Below, piece after piece: positions 18,617-28,712 of a DNA stretch of 32,000 bases. This DNA is from Thermosulfurimonas dismutans (GTDB lineage Bacteria > Desulfobacterota > Thermodesulfobacteria > Thermodesulfobacteriales > Thermodesulfobacteriaceae). Position numbers and translations under genes: made by a program. The DNA lies in contig NZ_LWLG01000001.1 in NCBI RefSeq assembly GCF_001652585.1, forward strand, positions 374,895 through 406,894, in the 5' to 3' direction. Each line of letters opens with the position of its first letter. Positions within the stretch are counted from its first letter, which is position 1. The notes below the pieces were generated by a model, which was given only the letters and a program-made list of their open reading frames with translations, ran no database searches and was not told the origin of the DNA.

Positions 18617-19909
18617 CACGGCCAGGGCTTCTAGATGATACGTCTGAGGGAACATATCGAAGGCCAGAATCCTTTCGATCTCAAAACCGGCCTGAAGCAA
18701 AAGTTTGAGATCTCGGGCTAGAGTTGGCGGGTCACAAGAAATGTAAAGGATTCTTTCCGTAGCTACTTCCGGAAGATACCGCATGAGCTCCCGGCAGCCG
18801 CCCCGGGGAGGATCAAGGATGATAAGGGGATAAGTTTCGGCGGCTTTCCAGGTCTCGATCAGGGCCTCCGTGGCCGAAACCCGTTCGAAACGGACCTTTC
18901 CGGAAAGCCCTAGATATTCGGTGGTGTACTGGGCGTCTTCTATAGCCCCGACATCCGTGTCTACCCCCAAGGCTTCCTTTAAGAGGGGTACTAGGGGCAG
19001 GAGGAAGTTACCCATACCTGAATGGAGGTCCAGGGCCCGGTCGAGACCTTCGGCAAAGGGCCGAATGGTTTCCATGATCTTGAGGTTTATTTCCCAGTTG
19101 GCCTGGGTAAAGACCCCCGGTCTGACTAAATAAAGGGGTTTTTCCGTTTGTGGAAAGTATGCTTGTGGTACTGGAAAGAGCCTTCGGCCGCTGTGGGGGG
19201 CATCCTTAGGAAACGGACCTTCGGGCTTCGGTCCTCGTACCCAATAAAAGACACACTTGGTATCTGGAAGCTCTCGAGCTAGCTCTTCCACGTCCTGGAC
19301 TTCGGGTTTGACCGTGATCCAGAAAAGAATGGTCACGAGCCCTTCAACTGGAGACAGCTCCAGTTTTACCCGCTTGGCAAAACCTTGGAGTCTCTTCCAG
19401 GCTGGGATCTCCGGTAGGGCTTCAAGGACCCGATTGAGTTTCTCATGTCCAAGGAGACACTGCTTGGTGATTACCAGATCGTGGCTTTTGCGTTTTACAA
19501 ATCCGAGCTGACCGGTTCCTGGTTCTACATGGAAACGCAAGCGGTTGCGGTAACGGAAAGGGATTGGCGAAGGAACGAGCCCTTCCACTAAGTTTTCGGG
19601 AAGGTTTCCTAGCCTCCGCAGAGTTTCCTTGAACATTTCAAGCTTTACGGAAGTCTGGGTTGGGTAGTCCATGTGCTGGAGCTGGCAGCCTCCACAGGTT
19701 CCGTAGTAAGGGCAGGATGGCTCTACCCGAGCGGATGAAGGGATGATAACTTCCTCAACCTCGCCCTGGACGTAGTCCTTGAATTCCTTTACAATGCGGA
19801 CCTTGATCTCCTCACCAGGAATGACACCGGGGACGAAGAGGACTCGACCATCCGGTAGGCGTGCCAGGCCTTCTCCGCCGAAAACGATTTTTTCAACTGT
19901 GACGCGCAT
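18602..19909 (-). CDS. rlmD: 23S rRNA (uracil-C5)-methyltransferase, RlmD/RumA family (TRAM domain plus 4Fe-4S cysteines)
   Basis: 435 aa. N-terminal TRAM-like beta domain. Cys cluster CPYYGTCGGCQLQH plus a fourth Cys. SAM motif LDLHSGMGNF, then DPPRGG and the catalytic YISCDP. Confidence 0.8.
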   Translation of the reverse strand: MRVTVEKIVFGGEGLARLPDGRVLFVPGVIPGEEIKVRIVKEFKDYVQGEVEEVIIPSSARVEPSCPYYGTCGGCQLQHMDYPTQTSVKLEMFKETLRRLGNLPENLVEGLVPSPIPFRYRNRLRFHVEPGTGQLGFVKRKSHDLVITKQCLLGHEKLNRVLEALPEIPAWKRLQGFAKRVKLELSPVEGLVTILFWITVKPEVQDVEELARELPDTKCVFYWVRGPKPEGPFPKDAPHSGRRLFPVPQAYFPQTEKPLYLVRPGVFTQANWEINLKIMETIRPFAEGLDRALDLHSGMGNFLLPLVPLLKEALGVDTDVGAIEDAQYTTEYLGLSGKVRFERVSATEALIETWKAAETYPLIILDPPRGGCRELMRYLPEVATERILYISCDPPTLARDLKLLLQAGFEIERILAFDMFPQTYHLEALAVLRRA

Positions 19910-19977
19910 GCGGAAAATTGTCTCGAAGTCGAATTTATGGTAGGAGCCTAATATAAAATAGATTCAGGGATTTAGCT

Positions 19978-20571
19978 ATGGCTGAAAAGCGTTTGAGTAC
20001 CGTGAATCAGATAGCCAAGTTGATCTGTGAAGCCGTGAAAGAGGTCCTTGAAACTTCTACTCAGTCAAGTATTCGGTATGCTCCTACCATTCAGAGGGTC
20101 CCCCTGGTGAGTCTCAAACCGGATTTAGGCGTCTTCGTAGAGTTTACCGGGGACTATTCCGGTCTTTTCTGTATGAACTTTTCGGGTGAGGCCGCGGTGG
20201 AGCTCTACCGTAGGGCCATGCGTTTCATGGGGCTTCCGGAAGAGGATCTAGCCAAGGACTATACTTCGGATGAGGTGGTGAATTTTGTAGGCGAATTAGC
20301 CAACCAGGTGATCGGAGCGGTGCGGCGTAAAATCGAGACTCGATTTGGGCTTTCGGCCCAAAATAGTCAGCCTCGGGCTATCGCTATCAACCAAAGCATT
20401 ACTTTGCTCCTTAATGCCATGCTGGAAAAACCTCAGTGCCGAAGGCTTTCCTTCCGTACCGAAGACCATAAGGCTTTTTACGTGGAGTTTGGGCTTGAAC
20501 AGACGGAGTTTATCCCAATGGAAACACCTGAAGAGGTGAACGTGGACGACATTTTATCCAAATTTGGTTAG
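19978..20571 (+). CDS. CheX/CheC-fold protein (putative CheY-P phosphatase-like domain protein)
   Basis: 197 aa. The segment SDEVVNFVGELANQVIGAVRRKI matches the CheX/CheC active-site helix pattern D-x6-GEL-x-N (ExxN). The upstream block GVFVEFTGDYSGLFCMNFSGEAAVELYRRAM resembles the CheX beta-strand/helix core. Assignment rests on motif recognition only. Confidence 0.5.
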   Translation: MAEKRLSTVNQIAKLICEAVKEVLETSTQSSIRYAPTIQRVPLVSLKPDLGVFVEFTGDYSGLFCMNFSGEAAVELYRRAMRFMGLPEEDLAKDYTSDEVVNFVGELANQVIGAVRRKIETRFGLSAQNSQPRAIAINQSITLLLNAMLEKPQCRRLSFRTEDHKAFYVEFGLEQTEFIPMETPEEVNVDDILSKFG

Positions 20572-20582
20572 GAGGCGTAAGA

Positions 20583-21509
20583 ATGGCTAAACTATCCATT
20601 ATTGGAGCCGGGGCGGTAGGGACGGCCGCGGCCCACTGGGCGGCGGTAAAGGGTGTAGCTGAGGAGATTGTACTCGTTGACGTGGTTCCCGATCTCGCCA
20701 AGGGCAAGGCCTTGGATATCGCTCAGAGTGCTCCGGTTCATGGTTTTTCCTGCCGGCTAAAGGGGACCGAGTTCTGGGAAGATATTGCGGACTCCGATGT
20801 AGTTATCCTTACCGCCGGACGCCCTCGTAAGCCCGGCATGACCAGGGATGATCTCCTCAAGGTCAATTTAGAGATCGTGCGTTCCTGCGCAGAAAAGGTG
20901 CGAGAGTTGGCTCCTTCCGCTTGTCTTATTGTGGTGACTAATCCCATTGACGCCATGGTTTATGCCGCTTACCGGATTACCGGTTTCCCGAAGAACCGGG
21001 TTATCGGTATGGCCGGGGTGTTGGACTCTGCCCGCTATCGCTACTTTATCGCCGAGGCCTTAGGGGTCTCGCCCAAAGACGTGCAGGCCTTGGTGATGGG
21101 TATTCATGGAGATCACATGTTGCCCCTGGTGAGATTGGCGAATGTGTCCGGTATACCTATTAGGGAACTTCTGCCGGAGGAAAAGATCGCTGAGATCGTG
21201 GAACGGACCCGGAAAGGAGGGGGGGAGATAGTCTCCTATCTCAAGACAGGAAGTGCCTTCACCACTCCGGGGCTTGCGGCTGTAGAGATGGCGGAGGCCA
21301 TCCTGAGAGACGAAAAACGGGTGCTTACATGTTCGGTCTGGCTTGAGGGTGAGTTCGATATTTCGGGTGTTTTCTTGGGGGTTCCGGTGGTTTTGGGTCG
21401 AAACGGAGTGGAAAGAATCCTTACCTTTACACTCACGGAGGAGGAAAAGAAGGCCCTTTCGGCCTCGGTTGAGGCCGTCAAAAATCAGATAGCCTTGACC
21501 GGGCTTTAG
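20583..21509 (+). CDS. mdh: Malate dehydrogenase (LDH-like MDH family)
   Basis: 308 aa. Contains KLSIIGAGAVGTAAA (NAD fingerprint), TAGRPRKPGMTRDDLL and GIHGDHM (catalytic His). The SD TAGGAGG overlaps the stop of the preceding gene. Confidence 0.93.
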   Translation: MAKLSIIGAGAVGTAAAHWAAVKGVAEEIVLVDVVPDLAKGKALDIAQSAPVHGFSCRLKGTEFWEDIADSDVVILTAGRPRKPGMTRDDLLKVNLEIVRSCAEKVRELAPSACLIVVTNPIDAMVYAAYRITGFPKNRVIGMAGVLDSARYRYFIAEALGVSPKDVQALVMGIHGDHMLPLVRLANVSGIPIRELLPEEKIAEIVERTRKGGGEIVSYLKTGSAFTTPGLAAVEMAEAILRDEKRVLTCSVWLEGEFDISGVFLGVPVVLGRNGVERILTFTLTEEEKKALSASVEAVKNQIALTGL

Positions 21510-21513
21510 GGCC

Positions 21514-21542
21514 TTGTCAAAAAGAATCTTTTTTGATATGAG
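21514..21542 (+). promoter_or_regulatory. Candidate sigma70-type promoter for the porin gene
   Basis: TTGTCA (21514-21519), a 17-nt spacer, then TATGAG (21537-21542). The spacer is an imperfect A/T palindrome, TCAAAAAGAaTCTTTTTTGA. GGGAGG SD at about 21558. Confidence 0.3.
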
Positions 21543-21571
21543 ACCAAAAATTTCTAAAGGGAGGTGTTAAG

Positions 21572-22984
21572 GTGAGGAAGGGTTTAATCGTGGGGTTGTT
21601 TTTGGCCTTATTGATTGTGCCCTTGAGTATCTCCCGGGCCTCTTCGGGGGAGGAAGATCTTAGAGCTTTAGTTCAAGAGCTACTTAAAGAGGTCAAGGAA
21701 CTGAAGAAGGAGAACGCGGAGTTGCGTTCCGAGCTGGAAAAGATCAAGGCCCAGGGGGCTCCGGCTCCGGCCGAGGCCCTGGTGACGGCCCCCAGCCAGA
21801 AGAAGCACAGCTTCTTTAGCAAAGGCGGCTACGGTTCCTCGCCCAGCGGCATCGACTTCTACGGCTTCTTCAAGATCGACGCCGTCTGGCAGGATAATTC
21901 GGCTATAGGGGACGTTTATGTCCTTTGGGTCCTCCCGGAAGATGGGGATAACAAGTTTACTTTGAACTATCGTCATAGCCGCTTTGGTTTTGATTTTTGG
22001 AAGTATTATTCAGATTTCAAGGTTTTTGGAAAAATAGAAATGGATTTCTACCATGCATACAGTGATTGGAACGATGTGCACTCGCCTCTGCGGGCGCGTC
22101 GCGTTTACGCGGGTGTAGAGAAAGGCACTTGGCAATTGGTAGCTGGGCTTGACTGGCAGACCATTTCGCAACTCTATCCCCACCTATCTAATTTCCCCGC
22201 GGGAACCTTTATGGGGAACTTCGCCTTCCGTATGACGCAAGTGAGACTCTCTAAATGGTTCAATTTAGGAGATTCGAAGCTTCGAGTGCAGGTGGCGGCG
22301 GAACAACCTTATAGCTTTGACGATACTGCAGCTGGGATCTTTGACGATGATCCCGCCAATGATGCCGGGTTCCCGGGGGTGGAGGCTCGTGTGGCTTACG
22401 AGACCAAGATCAACGGTAAGCCGGCTCTCTTTGCCATCTGGGGACATTATTCCCAAGAAGAATATGATATAAGCACCGGAGAAGAGGATGCCGATAGCTA
22501 CTCTTTGGGCCTGGAAGTCAAAGTTCCTGTGCCTTTGCCGTTCGCCCATAAGGCCTTCCTCCTCGGCGAAATTTGGACGGGACGTAACGTAGACCGTTAC
22601 TATACTGCTGGTGTTAACCAGGGAGTCAGGTTCAATTATGGAGGTGGAGTGTACGATACCAATGGAAAGAACGGGGTTGCGAAGGCAATAGCCGTGGATG
22701 AAATCGATGCCACCGGTGGTTGGATTGAACTTGAGATTTTCTGGACTCCCAAATTGGTTACCCATTTCGGATGGGGCGTGGATAATCCTGACGATGATGA
22801 TTTGGACGGAGTTACTAGTGCCCGTCTCCAGCAGCAAATGTACTACGCCAACTTCCTTTATCGGATCACCAAGGAGTTCGCCGTGGGTGGGGAATACATG
22901 TACGTAGATTGTGACTACCGTGAATCTTATGCCGAAGACGGCGAACTCAATCGTTTTATGGCGAGCTTTTACTATTTCTTCTAA
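21572..22984 (+). CDS. Outer-membrane beta-barrel porin with N-terminal coiled coil (architecture reminiscent of DcaP-type porins)
   Basis: GTG start with a GGGAGG SD. Signal peptide MRKGLIVGLFLALLIVPLSISRASS. Heptad-like LRALVQELLKEVKELKKENAELRSELEKIKAQ, then an Ala/Pro linker. About 380 aa of alternating aromatic/polar, G/Y/D-rich sequence follows, ending in FYYFF (C-terminal Phe, OMP-type). Confidence 0.7.
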   Translation: MRKGLIVGLFLALLIVPLSISRASSGEEDLRALVQELLKEVKELKKENAELRSELEKIKAQGAPAPAEALVTAPSQKKHSFFSKGGYGSSPSGIDFYGFFKIDAVWQDNSAIGDVYVLWVLPEDGDNKFTLNYRHSRFGFDFWKYYSDFKVFGKIEMDFYHAYSDWNDVHSPLRARRVYAGVEKGTWQLVAGLDWQTISQLYPHLSNFPAGTFMGNFAFRMTQVRLSKWFNLGDSKLRVQVAAEQPYSFDDTAAGIFDDDPANDAGFPGVEARVAYETKINGKPALFAIWGHYSQEEYDISTGEEDADSYSLGLEVKVPVPLPFAHKAFLLGEIWTGRNVDRYYTAGVNQGVRFNYGGGVYDTNGKNGVAKAIAVDEIDATGGWIELEIFWTPKLVTHFGWGVDNPDDDDLDGVTSARLQQQMYYANFLYRITKEFAVGGEYMYVDCDYRESYAEDGELNRFMASFYYFF

Positions 22985-23010
22985 AGCAAAGTTTAACGGT
23001 GTCTCCAAGG

Positions 23011-23040
23011 CCGGGGCCTTCGCGCCCCGGTTTTTTTATT
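23011..23040 (+). terminator. Rho-independent terminator of the porin gene
   Basis: GC stem CCGGGGC (23011-23017) / GCCCCGG (23024-23030), 6-nt loop, followed by TTTTTTTATTTTT. Confidence 0.8.
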
Positions 23041-23053
23041 TTTGAAAGTTTCA

Positions 23054-23091
23054 AAATAAAAAAGGCCCGCCGAAGCGGGCCTTTTAGTTTT
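23054..23091. terminator. Bidirectional Rho-independent terminator (serves the cold-shock gene on the minus strand)
   Basis: Stem GGCCCGC (23064-23070) / GCGGGCC (23075-23081) with tetraloop CGAA. Flanked by an A-run on the 5' side and TTTTAGTTTT on the 3' side, so a U-tract follows the hairpin on either strand. Confidence 0.8.
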
Positions 23092-23108
23092 CAGGGCCGA
23101 ACTGCTAA

Positions 23109-23312
23109 CTAATCGATGACCTTTACGTTGCTAGCCTGCTCTCCCTTCGGGCTTTGCGTGACTTCGAATTCCACCTTTTGGCCCTCCCGAAGGGTCTTGA
23201 AACCGTCCATCTGGATGGCGGAGTAGTGCACGAACACGTCCCCACCATCGTCCCGGGAGATGAAACCGTAGCCCTTCTTCTCATCAAACCACTTCACCGT
23301 TCCTGTAACCAT
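23109..23312 (-). CDS. cspA: Cold-shock protein (CspA family, CSD)
   Basis: 67 aa. [15 protein letters not shown] (RNP-1) and VFVHYSAI (RNP-2). Strong SD AAGGAGG upstream. Confidence 0.95.
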   Translation of the reverse strand: MVTGTVKWFDEKKGYGFISRDDGGDVFVHYSAIQMDGFKTLREGQKVEFEVTQSPKGEQASNVKVID

Positions 23313-23387
23313 GTTGCTTAAACCTCCTTAAAATTTGATTCTCTAAGGCAAGCTAACATCCTAATTGTCAAAAGTAAAGGCCTTGTT

Positions 23388-24518
23388 TTAACGAAGCACC
23401 ACCAGGTTGTCCCGGTGGATGACCTCTTCTTTACCTCTAAAGCCTAGTTTTTCATGTATCTCACAACTTTTGAGCCCGGCGATGCAACGTAACTCCCCGG
23501 AGGAATAATTGGAAAGCCCGAGGGCTATCACCCGACCTTCCTCGTCCAGACATTCTACGCAGGCCCCCCTGGTAAAGTCGCCTTCTACGGCCTTTATGCC
23601 CGCAGGCAACAGGCTTTTACCCCGTTTGAGGATGGCCTCAACTGCCCCGCGGTCGAGAATGAGTCGGCCTTCGGGCTTCAGGTGGTGGGCAATCCAGAAT
23701 TTTCTGGGCGAAAGAGTTTTTTTCTCGGGAAGGAATAGGGTACCAATCTCTTCCCCGGAAAAGATTCTCTCCAAGATGAGCGGGGTTTTTCCTGGGGCGA
23801 TGATCATGGGCACTCCTAGGGAGGTGACCATTTTGGCCGCCCGCAGTTTGGAAAACATTCCCCCGCGGCCGAAGCGTCCGGGCTTTTTCCCAGCCATGGC
23901 TTCGATTTCTGGGGTTATCCTTTCTACTAAGGTGAGCTTGCGGGCCGTGGGGTCTTCTCGGGGGTCGCGTTCGTAAAGGGCGTCTACCTCCGAGAGGCAC
24001 AGCAGGAGGTCGGCCCCCACAAGCCCCACCACCAAGGCCGAAAGGAAGTCGTTGTCTCCGAACTGGATTTCCTCCACCGCTACGGTGTCATTTTCGTTGA
24101 CGATAGGAAGAACCCGCCAGCGGAGAAGGATGTTGAAGGTATTGCGGGCGTTGAGATAACGGGTACGATCCTCAAGATCCTCCCGGGTAAGGAGGATCTG
24201 GGCCACGGGCTGGCCGTGATGCTCGAAAGCGTCTTCATAAGCCTGAATGAGACCGGCCTGTCCGGCCGCCGCCAGGGCCTGTTTTTCAGAAAGAGAAAAG
24301 GGCCGGGTAGGGATGTCTAATTTTTTACGGCCGCAGGCGATAGCTCCCGAGGACACCAAAATCATTTCATAGCCCTGGCGCATGAAGCGCGAGATCTCGG
24401 CCGCCAGGTTGTCTATGACTTCGAGTGAGAGCCCCTCTTCGTTCGCAATGACCGCACTGCCCACTTTGACCACGATGCGCCTGATTCCGGTGAGATATTT
24501 CGTCCGTATATTGCTCAT
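23388..24518 (-). CDS. proB: Glutamate 5-kinase (with C-terminal PUA domain)
   Basis: 376 aa. Contains RIVVKVGSAVI, VSSGAIA and NENDTVAVEEIQFGDND, with a PUA-like C-terminus. Confidence 0.93.
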   Translation of the reverse strand: MSNIRTKYLTGIRRIVVKVGSAVIANEEGLSLEVIDNLAAEISRFMRQGYEMILVSSGAIACGRKKLDIPTRPFSLSEKQALAAAGQAGLIQAYEDAFEHHGQPVAQILLTREDLEDRTRYLNARNTFNILLRWRVLPIVNENDTVAVEEIQFGDNDFLSALVVGLVGADLLLCLSEVDALYERDPREDPTARKLTLVERITPEIEAMAGKKPGRFGRGGMFSKLRAAKMVTSLGVPMIIAPGKTPLILERIFSGEEIGTLFLPEKKTLSPRKFWIAHHLKPEGRLILDRGAVEAILKRGKSLLPAGIKAVEGDFTRGACVECLDEEGRVIALGLSNYSSGELRCIAGLKSCEIHEKLGFRGKEEVIHRDNLVVLR

Positions 24519-24520
24519 GC

Positions 24521-25543
<1,023 letters not shown>

Positions 25544-26170
25544 TTATCCTTGAGAGAGTGCAAAGGCCAAAAGGTCAAAAGGAAGCGTGAGGTCGGCATT
25601 CCGCAATATAAGCCCCTCCTTCTTAAATTCAAGGGGATCTGGCCCGAGATTGAGGATGGCTTTGATACCGGCCTGGCTCATCCTTTCGGCCATTTCTTCG
25701 GCTTCTTTGCCTGCCAGGGTAATCACCCCGATATCAATTTCGGATTTCTTGACTATATAAGGCATCTGTTCTAGGGAATAGACATAGACCTCTTGGATGA
25801 CCTGGCCCACCCATTCCTCCCGCCAATCAAAGGCCGCCACAAACCGAAACCCCCGCTTGGCGAGACGAGTCTCGGTTATAAGGGCCTTACCCATCTCGTT
25901 CAGGCCTCCAAGGGCCAGATGCCAAATCTTATCCCGACCAAGGATGCGTTTTATCTCCTTTTCTAAGCCCCGTACGTGATAGCCTACGCCCCTTACCCCA
26001 AAGGCTCCGATGAAACTCAGATCCTTACGGAGCTGAGCCGCCGAGACTCCACAGAGTTCAGCCAGCTCTTCGCTTCGAACGAGATTCCGTCCCTTCTGGG
26101 AAAGTTTTTCAAGCGTTCTAAGATAGAGGGCCAGACGATAAACCGTGACCTCAGGGAGTTTGATTTTCAC
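25544..26170 (-). CDS. rex: Redox-sensing transcriptional repressor Rex (variant nucleotide-binding fingerprint)
   Basis: 208 aa. Winged-helix region VYRLALYLRTLEKL...SEELAELCGVSAAQLRKDLSFIGAFGVRGVGYHV. Rossmann region starts WHLALGGLNEMGKAL, then AAFD. Start overlaps the mtnA 3' end by 20 bp. Confidence 0.88.
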   Translation of the reverse strand: MKIKLPEVTVYRLALYLRTLEKLSQKGRNLVRSEELAELCGVSAAQLRKDLSFIGAFGVRGVGYHVRGLEKEIKRILGRDKIWHLALGGLNEMGKALITETRLAKRGFRFVAAFDWREEWVGQVIQEVYVYSLEQMPYIVKKSEIDIGVITLAGKEAEEMAERMSQAGIKAILNLGPDPLEFKKEGLILRNADLTLPFDLLAFALSQG

Positions 26171-27233
26171 TGCCTATAACCTTAGGGATGTTTTCGGAGT
26201 AGGGTGGATATATAAGGCCTTTTTCCGTGATAATGGCCGTAACGAACTTCGCGGGGGTGACGTCAAAGGCCGGATTTACGGCCGAAACTCCGCAGGGAGC
26301 CACACGCCTTCCGCCACAGGAAAGGACTTCTTCGGGAGCTCTTTCCTCAATGGGGATATTTTGACCAGAGGGGCAATGGAGGTCGAAAGTGGAGGAAGGC
26401 GCCGCCACGTAAAATGGAATTCCATTTTCCTTGGCGAGGACCGCCAGAGCGTAAGTCCCGATTTTGTTGGCGGTGTCGCCGTTGGCTGCGATGCGGTCGG
26501 CGCCCACGATTACGGCCTGAACCAGTCCTCGGGCCATGAGGAACCCTGCGGCCGCATCCGGAATGATGGCTACCGGAACGCCAGCCTTTCTGAGTTCCCA
26601 GGCCGTAAGTCGAGCCCCCTGGAGATATGGCCGGGTCTCGTCAGCGAGAACTGAGAGTTTTTTCCCGGCCTCCACTGCCGCCCGGATGACTCCCAGGGCC
26701 GTTCCATAGCCTCCAGTAGCCAGCGCCCCAGCGTTGCAATGGGTGAGCACAGTCCCTTCCTTTGGAAGAAGTTCCGCCCCCAAGCGGCCCATACGGCGGT
26801 TGGCGGAAAGGTCTTCCTCCCAAATGGTAAGAGCTTCCTGGCGTAAAATTTCAACCAGTTCTTGCGGCCCGGCGTCTCCTTCGGCCTCCGCTCGTTTTAT
26901 CATCCGCTCAAGGGCCCAGAAAAGATTGACTGCCGTAGGCCGGGCCTTGGAAAGGCCCTGGGCTACACGTTTCAGCCCGGAAAGAAATGCCCGACGGGTG
27001 CGGGCCCGTAGTCTTTCAGCTCCGAGCACCAGACCTATAGCCGCGGTGATGCCTATGGCCGGAGCCCCCCGGACCACCATGTCTTTGATGGCCCGGCGTA
27101 CTTCCTGCCATGTGCGGCACCGAATGTAGGTCTCCTTCCAAGGGAGGAGCCTCTGGTCAAGGAGGTAGAGCCCCCGGTCCGTCCACCGCCAGGCAGAAAT
27201 AATGTCAGGATCTTGGGGTTGATAAACCTTCAT
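26151..27233 (-). CDS. mtnA: S-methyl-5-thioribose-1-phosphate isomerase (eIF-2B alpha/beta/delta-like family)
   Basis: 360 aa. Contains [42 protein letters not shown] and [18 protein letters not shown]. Confidence 0.85.
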   Translation of the reverse strand: MKVYQPQDPDIISAWRWTDRGLYLLDQRLLPWKETYIRCRTWQEVRRAIKDMVVRGAPAIGITAAIGLVLGAERLRARTRRAFLSGLKRVAQGLSKARPTAVNLFWALERMIKRAEAEGDAGPQELVEILRQEALTIWEEDLSANRRMGRLGAELLPKEGTVLTHCNAGALATGGYGTALGVIRAAVEAGKKLSVLADETRPYLQGARLTAWELRKAGVPVAIIPDAAAGFLMARGLVQAVIVGADRIAANGDTANKIGTYALAVLAKENGIPFYVAAPSSTFDLHCPSGQNIPIEERAPEEVLSCGGRRVAPCGVSAVNPAFDVTPAKFVTAIITEKGLIYPPYSENIPKVIGSENQTP

Positions 27234-28660
27234 GCTTCAAGAAGTCTGGTCAGAATCTGGTTTACCAGTTTGGGGTTGGCCTTGCCCCGGGTCTTTTTCA
27301 TGACCTGACCTACGAAAAAGCCGATTACGCCCTTCTTGCCGGATTTGTACTTCTCCACCTCCGCCGGATTTTCCGAAAGCACTTCCCGGCAGATGGCCTC
27401 TAGCGCCCCCTCGTCACTTTCTTGACGTAGGCCCTTTTCCTCTACTAGCTCTTTGGGGTTCCTTCCCGTGGCATAAACCTCGGGAAAGATCTTCTTAGCC
27501 GCGGTGATGGAAACCACCCCATCCTCCACCAGTTTCAGAAGCTCGGCGATGTGTTCAGGCTTGAGATTGGTTTCGTCTATTTCTTTGCCCTCGCGGTTGA
27601 GTTCCCTGAGGACTTCGGTCATGAGCCAGTTGGAGACCTTTTTGGGCTGAGGAAAGAGTTTTACGCACTCTTCGAAGAACTCCGCTAGCGGCCTCGAGAC
27701 CGTAAGGATCTCGGCGTCATAGGTTGGAAGCCCATACTCTTCAATGAAACGTTGTTTTTTGGCATCCGGAAGTTCGGGGAGTTCGGAGCGGACTTTTTCG
27801 ATCCACTCAGGATCGATTTTCACCGGAACCAGATCGGGATCCGGGAAGTAACGGTAATCGTGGGCTTCCTCCTTTCCGCGCATGGAATGGGTCACCCCTT
27901 TGGCTTCGTCAAAGAGCCTGGTTTCCTGGACCACCTCTTTGCCTTCAAGCAGAAGCCCGATTTGACGCTTGATTTCGTATTTCAGAGCCCGTTCCACATG
28001 CCGGAAAGAATTCATATTCTTAAGTTCCACCTTGGTCCCGAATTCCTGGCTTCCCTTGGGGCGTACCGAGACGTTGGCGTCACAGCGGAGACTTCCTTCT
28101 TCCATGTTCCCATCGCAGATTCCGAGATAGCGCACGATGGTGCGTAGCTTTTTGAGATAGGCCACAGCTTCTTCGGGACTGCGGATGTCGGGCTCACTTA
28201 CGATCTCAAGGAGCGGCACCCCGGTGCGGTTGAAGTCCACATAGGATACCGGCCGTTTCTCGTCATGGACGAGTTTGCCGGCGTCTTCTTCCATGTGGAT
28301 TCGAACTAGACCGATGCTTTTGCGCTGTCCATCCACTTCGATTTCGATGGCCCCCCCTTCGGCAATGGGGGCCTCGTACTGGGAGATCTGGTAGTTCTTG
28401 GGAAGATCCGGATAGAAGTAGTGCTTGCGGGCGAAGACGCAGACCGGATTGATGCGGGCTCCCACGGCCAGCGCCAGACGCAGGGCGAACTCTACTACCC
28501 GCCGGTTTAACACCGGGAGGCTACCCGGCATACCGGTACAGACTGGGCAAGTATGATGATTAGGGGGCGCTCCGAATTTGGTGGAACAGCCACAAAAGAT
28601 TTTGCTTTCTGTAAGAAGTTGGGTGTGGACCTCAAGCCCTATGACGGCCTCAAATTCCAT
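27230..28660 (-). CDS. gatB: Aspartyl/glutamyl-tRNA(Asn/Gln) amidotransferase subunit B
   Basis: 476 aa. Contains [28 protein letters not shown] and a C-terminal YqeY-like tail. SD GGAGGGG. ATGA overlap with the mtnA start. Confidence 0.95.
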   Translation of the reverse strand: MEFEAVIGLEVHTQLLTESKIFCGCSTKFGAPPNHHTCPVCTGMPGSLPVLNRRVVEFALRLALAVGARINPVCVFARKHYFYPDLPKNYQISQYEAPIAEGGAIEIEVDGQRKSIGLVRIHMEEDAGKLVHDEKRPVSYVDFNRTGVPLLEIVSEPDIRSPEEAVAYLKKLRTIVRYLGICDGNMEEGSLRCDANVSVRPKGSQEFGTKVELKNMNSFRHVERALKYEIKRQIGLLLEGKEVVQETRLFDEAKGVTHSMRGKEEAHDYRYFPDPDLVPVKIDPEWIEKVRSELPELPDAKKQRFIEEYGLPTYDAEILTVSRPLAEFFEECVKLFPQPKKVSNWLMTEVLRELNREGKEIDETNLKPEHIAELLKLVEDGVVSITAAKKIFPEVYATGRNPKELVEEKGLRQESDEGALEAICREVLSENPAEVEKYKSGKKGVIGFFVGQVMKKTRGKANPKLVNQILTRLLEA

Positions 28661-28687
28661 GTGTCCCCTCCGGGAAACTTTTCACAA

Positions 28688-28710
28688 AGCTTATCCTCGC
28701 GAGCTTATCC
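28688..28710. repeat. Tandem 9-bp direct repeat AGCTTATCC-N5-AGCTTATCC in the uvrC-gatB spacer
   Basis: Exact copies at 28688-28696 and 28702-28710 (14-bp period) within the 52-bp spacer, directly after the uvrC stop and about 30 nt upstream of the gatB ATG. Confidence 0.6.
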
Positions 28711-28712
28711 GG

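Noticed and set aside
23041-23055. Perfect palindrome TTTGAAAgTTTCAAA between the two terminators
   Set aside because: It is AT-only, short, and lies in a terminator-rich spacer with no downstream gene start. Most likely it is incidental or part of terminator flanks rather than an operator.
23313-23387. TTGACA hexamer (minus strand, 23366-23371) as the -35 of a csp promoter
   Set aside because: No acceptable -10 lies at 16-19 nt spacing (CCTTAG, CTTAGA). The csp promoter may lie within the proB 3' end, so it is not reported as a feature.
26151-27233. Considered whether the eIF-2B-like gene is a ribose-1,5-bisphosphate isomerase (archaeal-type AMP/RuBisCO pathway) rather than MtnA
   Set aside because: The N-terminal [18 protein letters not shown] and the [10 protein letters not shown] and [18 protein letters not shown] blocks match the MtnA subgroup as I know it. 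No RuBisCO or AMP phosphorylase gene is in the window. A phylogeny would be needed to settle it.
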